The translations under genes and the position numbers were made by a program. The notes below the pieces were generated by a model. That model was not told the origin of the DNA. It ran no database searches and saw nothing but the letters and a program-made list of their open reading frames with translations. From Rhizodiscina lignyota (taxonomy: Eukaryota): DNA of 64,000 nucleotides. Shown here piece after piece: positions 58,182 through 64,000 of this stretch; the first letter of the stretch is position 1, and each line of letters starts with the position of its first letter. Location of the stretch: assembly GCA_010015805.1 (NCBI GenBank), contig ML978122.1, forward strand, positions 1,832,453-1,896,452. The letters are read 5' to 3'.

Positions 58182-60122
58182 ATGGCCTCATTTAGCTTTC
58201 TCCAGAGCCTCGTTCTCTGGCTCCTTGTCTCTCTCTACGCAAGTGGGGCTGCACTCCGCGCTCGCCAAGGTCAACAATGTCTGACCACAACGAGTGAGTA
58301 TCTCGCTTCGGAAGTGATTGGTTGCTAACAGAGGCACAGTCAAGGGAGAACCATTTCCATCACTCATGGACGTTACTATCGATGAGCTGCAGACAGGCTT
58401 CGAGAGTGGGCTGTTCTCGAGTGTTCAACTCACCCAGGTACGACTACAAATCACAAGAATCGAGGAGAAAAGATACGCTAATACGCTTAGGCATATATCG
58501 CGAGGATCAAAGAGGCCAATCTCACTTTGCACGCTGTGACTGAGCTCAATCCGGATGCATTAGAGATCGCCGCACAGCTCGACGCAGAAAGAAGTAATGG
58601 TACTTCTCGTGGGTCCGTTGCTCGCAGATTTGCCTTACGCTGGTATGAATGGACAATGACGATTTTGGCAGACCGTTGCACGGTATTCCGATTCTCATCA
58701 AGAATAACATTGCAACGATGGATAAGATGAACAACACTGGTGCGTCATCAGTCTCAAGCATCTGTAAATTGACTATACTGATAAAGGAGCAGCCGGATCA
58801 TGGTCTCTTCTGGGCGCCAAAGTCCCACGAGACTCCGCAATCGCAAAGAGGCTTAGAGCAGCCGGGGCCATCATTTTGGGGAAGACCAACCTCAGCCAGT
58901 GGGCGAACTACCGATCGAATCACACCTCGAATGGATGGAGCGCGTACGGGGGACAGGTTTATGCGGCATACTACCCAAACCAAGATCCCAGCGGCAGCTC
59001 TAGTGGCAGCGGCGTCTCATCTTCGCTCGGCCTTGCGTTAGCTGCCTTAGGCACGGAGACTGATGGGTCAATTGTATCGCCCTCCAATCGAAATAACCTA
59101 GCAGGTATCAAGCCTACAGTCGGCTTGACGTCCCGTAACCTCGTTATTCCAATCAGCGAGCACCAAGATACCGTTGGACCGATGGCACGGACGGTCAAAG
59201 ATGCCGCATACATTCTGCAAGCGATTGCAGGAGTCGATCCGTTTGACAATTACACGTCTGCCATCCCAAACAACGGAACCCTTCCAGACTATGTCGCAGC
59301 GTGCAACTTTTCCGCTCTCGAGGGAGCTCGCATTGGCGTTGCCGAAAATCTGATCGAGTTCTCCACGGATAATACAAGTATCACCGAAGTGATCGCCTTT
59401 AACGCCGCCGTTGAGCTCATCAAGAAGGCAGGAGCAACAGTTGTGACGTCGAATTTCACATCTCTTGAAGAGTGGGCGAATTCCACGGCGGAAACAGAAG
59501 TGCTCAACGCAGATTTCATTGTTGATCTCTTCAATTACCTCGCCGAGTTAACATTCAACCCGAACAACATCACCACCTTGGCTCAAGAGCGGGCGTTTAC
59601 AAGACGATTCCCGCTCGAGGATTATCCGGACAGGGACACGGGAGTCTGGGATGTTGCGCTCGACGTGCAGAAGTGGAATAACACAGATCCCAGGTTCTGG
59701 GCTGCATATCAGAAAGACTTGCGTTTGGGAGGACCTGGAGGAGTGTTGGGAGCGATTGAGAGGGACAATTTAGACGCGGTGATTGTGCCAACGTCGTTTT
59801 CCAGCTCATTTCCTGCGATCGTGGGAAGCCCTATCGTGACGGTACCTCTGGGCTTCTATCCCACCAATGCAACCGTTGTGACGACGAGCAGAGGCCTAGT
59901 CGACACAGGGCCGAACGTGCCGTAAGTGGATATTGTGGAAACGCAAGCAACGGCGACACTGACATGTTTCACAGCTTCGGTATTGCGTTCATGGGAGCGA
60001 GATTCAGCGAAGCAAAGCTCATCTCTCTCGCATATGCATACGAGCAGCGTACGATGACCCGCAATAAAGTACAGCCGTATTTTGTGCCGAACATCGAGCT
60101 GAGCGATGTCGTGGGTGCTTGA
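58182..60122 (+). CDS. Secreted amidase-signature family hydrolase
   Basis: Signal peptide MASFSFLQSLVLWLLVSLYASGA, PLHGIPILIKNNI (catalytic Lys), GKTNLSQWA, PSGSSSGS and LGTETDGSI. Many N-x-S/T sequons. About 5 introns. Confidence 0.92.
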
Positions 60123-60174
60123 GATGCAGATTATCTACGGAACACATATTACGGACATGTTGTACATAACCACG

Positions 60175-60639
60175 TTAATGGCCGATCTTGGTTGCTAATG
60201 TCGTCGGGACGCTATCGACCTTTGTAGTCGCACCGCTATCGCTCTTCTTGGTCGAAGACGTCGTCGTGCACGAATTGCAGGCCTCTCGCGCCCAAACTCC
60301 ATTCTCAAAGTGCTTGCAAACTCCAATCTGTGCGTTATCGCTGAAGCTGCAGACGTTGTTCTCGCACCAATGCAATACAACTATGTTACAGCATTGCTAG
60401 CTCGTCTTCTAACCAATTCTACGAGAGAAACATACGGCAGCCACTGCATCCAAGGCCAGCGGACGTCCACTTCATAGAAAATGACCCGGCTGGCCCTCCC
60501 ACCGTTGCGCCATTGAGTGTTGCGGTATGTGAGCCGGCAAAGTCTCCACAGTTGTTGTCAAAGTAGAAGTTGACATTTGCGCCAATGACGAATGCCACTT
60601 AGAGCAGCGTGGCAGCGAGAATGATGAACGCGCTCGCAT
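60175..60639 (-). pseudogene. Pseudogenised small secreted cysteine-rich protein
   Basis: The reconstructed frame is M(R)SAFIILAATLL*VAFVIG-ANVNFYFDNNCGDFAG...GCSGC|LVLHWCENNVC...VC...ACNSC...KIGH. It has a frameshift just after the ATG, an in-frame TAA at 60599-60601 and an intact GTATGT..TAG intron at 60435-60381. Confidence 0.75.
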
Positions 60640-61712
60640 GGTGGGTACATGTAGGGAGTGAGATATCGAGTGCTCCACTTCGCGGATAGAGTAATCTCCA
60701 CTTCTGGATATCATAGGGCTTTTATAACGGGCCTCCCAACATTTTTTGCATTGGCCGCCACCGCTCAGTGTTCTCGTCGTCGGGTCGAATGCCATATACC
60801 TATACGTGTCAGCTGCCTCTTTCCTTCAGCCTGCTTCGTCGCTAGCCTCCAGATGGAAATGACACCGATATGAATCAAATGCAATAGAGATACTATTACG
60901 TCTTCGACGGCTGAGACAAAATACGAGCTGAATTAACGAGATCGACAGAATCACAGCTTAGGATTGCAAGGTGCGTATAACTACCTTTGTTGCAATTGAG
61001 CTAAAGACGCGAATTTATGAATTGACCGCAACGGCTCTGTCCATGCTTTATCGTCGAAGCAGTCAGGAGATCCAGTGGAGTCAGTGGCCATGAATAGGTA
61101 AGTGATCCAATACTTCAGCCAAGGCAGTTTACGTTAAAAAGCCGACCTATTCATGACCGGTGTTGTTCATGTCTCCTGTCTTTCAAGTACGATATCTTAC
61201 GATCCCCCAATCCCGATTTGGCTAGGCGAACCACACAGGGCGAAACTCTTCACTATAACTGTATGGCATTTCCGTCGTTCTGTGATGCTATCTTAGTGTC
61301 CCTATGAACTCATTTTGATGAACAGGCACGTGAACGAGAGTCAGAAACAGTCAGATGCTGCAGATACAGAGTCTGCTTCAGGACCTGCTGTGCAAGTCAC
61401 TCCAGCTACGGAGCTATCAAATCCAACCCGGACCGTACCAGCCGAAAGAAGTCCCTCCAAAATCATCATGTTTAGTATTCTGCTCTTGAGAAGCCAAAGT
61501 CAAGCGCCTCATCTGATACTGGTCCTACTCATAAGCAAGTGGGCGAGCTTGCAGTCGCCGACACTCCTTCCAATCCCACCTAGAAGTAGCACAATCTAAT
61601 GAGCATGAAGAAACAGCGAAGAAGGACCCAGCCAAATCTAGCCAAATCAGCCAGACGCGTTCTCTTATTGTACAAGCCTGGTCGAGCACCAAACAAGGAA
61701 GAGTCAGAACCT

Positions 61713-63605
61713 CTATTCCGGAACGACCTCTACTGGCACTTCAATCTCACGACCGGACGGCTTGGTCATGATTTCAGAGGCGAATCTGCTCCGCGCTCTA
61801 ATCTGCGGCCCGTAAAGCGTCAAAATCCAAGGCACGAAAGAAAGTAAGATAGCGACACCTCCGAGGAAACTCGATGCGCCTCCATATCCCATGGCGTCGT
61901 ACATCTGCACGGTGAAGAGCGGGGCTGCACCGCCAAGTACGTTTCGGCAGAAACTCTGCGCTGCTAGAGCCGAGCTTGCGTAGCGATGGTAGGTGTCCGC
62001 CAAGTAGTTGAAAGTAGCGAGGTAAATGCTGAAGATGCCCATGGTCGCGATCGAAACGGCGATGCAAGGGACGATCCAGGGTACCGAAGACTGGTTGGTC
62101 CAGGCGAACATGAACATTCCGATGGGCAGGAACAGCGACTGTGCGCTTGAGAAATAGAGACGCCCCTCCGGACACGTGAAATCCAGCTTCAAAGGCAGCT
62201 TCGGGAAGGTACGGTTGAATTTGTCGCCCCAATGTCCTCGTATGGCCGCTTCTTCTTGGTACGTGGAGTACAAGGTAGCAATGAGAGAGCCGACACATAT
62301 GGATGCGAATGTAGCTCCGGCCTGGGCGACGTCAAAGTGATGGTTGGTCGTAAACACGAGGGTGACTGCTGAGAAGAAGAGATACAGGACGGCCCAGGAG
62401 AAGGAGACCCATAAGGAGAAGAAGAACACGACCGGTTCGGTGAGGAGAAGGTGGAATGGGCGGTAAAGAGATATGGAGATCATCTGCGCAATTGAGCCGC
62501 GCTCCTCGTCACTCTTCACTTTCCACCTGACCCTCTGGCTAACTCTCTTCTCTCCGACTCCATTGCCGACAAGCATATCGAAGCCATAGTATCCAGCCTT
62601 CTCACGCTCCTCGTACCATTTGTTCAACTTCTTCGCCTTCCGAGAGAGTAGTACCGATCCCCGAGTCTCTTGGAAGAGGAATGTCATGACAAGCATAAGG
62701 GCGCCGTCCATGATGACTTGCATCCAGAATATCCAACGCCAGGTGGTTGAGCGGGCAATGAAACCGGCGCAGAGAGGCCCGAGTCCGGTTCCGAAGAGTG
62801 CGGCGCCAGAGAAGAGTGCCATAGGGGTATTGCGGTCCTGTTATGTCAGTGAGCAGCGATAAGCAAGGTGCTAGGATAGGATTCTACGTGGGTGGGTGGG
62901 TAGGTAGACATATAGAAGAGGATCACTTACATGTTTGTGATAGATATCAGAAACGCAGCCGCCCACCAGGGTAGAGAAGGTGCTACCTCCAACACCAACG
63001 AAGAAGCGAGCTGCGAGCATGCCTCCGAAAGACCTAGTCAGGGCACAACAAAGTTGGCAAATGAGGAATAGCATTCCGGTTGCGAGAAAGACGGGTCGGC
63101 GCCCGTTGAGCTCTGAGAAGGGTGCGAGGACCATCGGAGCTATACCGAAGCCTGTCGTGAAGGCGGTGATGCCAGTAAGACATGCTACACGGCTAACGTG
63201 GAAATAGTTCGTCAGCTGATCTATGCCAGGAGCGTATGAACCAGCTGTAAACGCCGTAAAGCAGGTAGCAACGCAGGACAGCCATATTATTGCACCTTTT
63301 CGGGCAGGAGACCACTCGAACGGATTGATGTATTTTGAGAGATCCGGCGCGTCTGGTGGAGGTGGCGCATCCGCTGTTGACGCGTTGAAGGATGAGGGAG
63401 CAGGCAGCTCGGTCTCAAAGGTGAGATAATGCCACACAATCTCTCCATATTCTCCCTCTCGAACAGATCTTGTCGAGTTTTTGGCAGAGCCAGGCGGTGT
63501 GAAGAAGTCGTCCTTTGACGGACTTATTGCCGCTTTATCACCGTACTCCTTGTCATTTATCATATCAGATACGGAGCGGACCAGCTCGACCTCGTGGCTC
63601 GCCAT
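61713..63605 (-). CDS. MFS drug:H+ antiporter (DHA1 family)
   Basis: INPFEWS..RK, APFSELNGRRPV, RFFVGVGGS, SLYRPFHLLLTEPVV, PEGRL and YLADTYHRYASSALAAQSFCRN. Intron at about 62930-62838. Confidence 0.93.
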
Positions 63606-64000
63606 TGTGTGCTCGGAAGATGAAATAATGAGTCTTCCATGAGGTGAAAGTGTAATTGGACATAGGTATTATAGATGAGTCGAAAGGGCGGAAGTTTGAT
63701 GCCTTGCGATCAACTGGGATCCGAAAGAAAAAGCAGCACCCCTACCTTGTGGAGCAGCGCATTTCACAAATGCACGGCTATGACGGAAACGAAGGTCGAG
63801 ATGTGTGGAGAAGAGCTTCGCGCCGGCATGGGCATTGGATCCGCGTCGGCGTGTGGCGTTCGGCTGGGCACACTACGAGGAATTAGAGCTTTTCCTACCC
63901 GCGCCCAATGGTGCTCGATCTGGAGCTATTAGGTATACATGTACAGCTCTCCAGTCAGATGTTAGTTGAGATTCCTCCATTCTCGGTTCAGTATGACTGG

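Noticed and set aside
1..64000. CRISPR arrays, rRNA/tRNA genes, intact transposons or a PKS/NRPS cluster
   Set aside because: I saw no regularly spaced repeats, RNA gene signatures, transposase/RT motifs, terminal repeats or backbone synthase by eye. tRNAscan/Infernal would be needed to exclude small RNAs.

Overview
Eukaryotic DNA from a filamentous ascomycete (Pezizomycotina). This is inferred from short GT-AG introns with CTRAC/CTAAC branch points and from the fungal gene set. I assembled 18 spliced or single-exon protein-coding genes and one pseudogene by hand. Housekeeping genes: aldehyde dehydrogenase, MIC60, ER FKBP (FPR2), TPP1/Est3-like telomere OB protein, FAB1, BRCT protein, HYPK-like protein, UTP4 and a G1/S cyclin. 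Accessory genes: 2OG-Fe(II) dioxygenase with a divergent allantoate-type MFS permease, Ure2-like GST, HET-domain protein, secreted lysozyme-fold protein, secreted amidase and a DHA1 MFS. The most notable items are hidden by introns in the ORF track. (1) Two distant paralogs (6068-9200 and 16105-17954) share an unrecognised ~130-aa domain and three identically placed phase-0 introns, and they bracket the dioxygenase/MFS/GST trio. (2) An orphan gene (22651-24561) has an R-S-E ADP-ribosyltransferase-like motif pattern behind an HTH-like N-terminus. (3) A pseudogenised 8-Cys small secreted protein lies at 60175-60639. (4) The G1 cyclin has a ~5.7-kb upstream region rich in MCB (ACGCGT) sites. I saw no rRNA, tRNA, CRISPR array or intact transposon. 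Family assignments come from motif recognition by eye, not from database searches.
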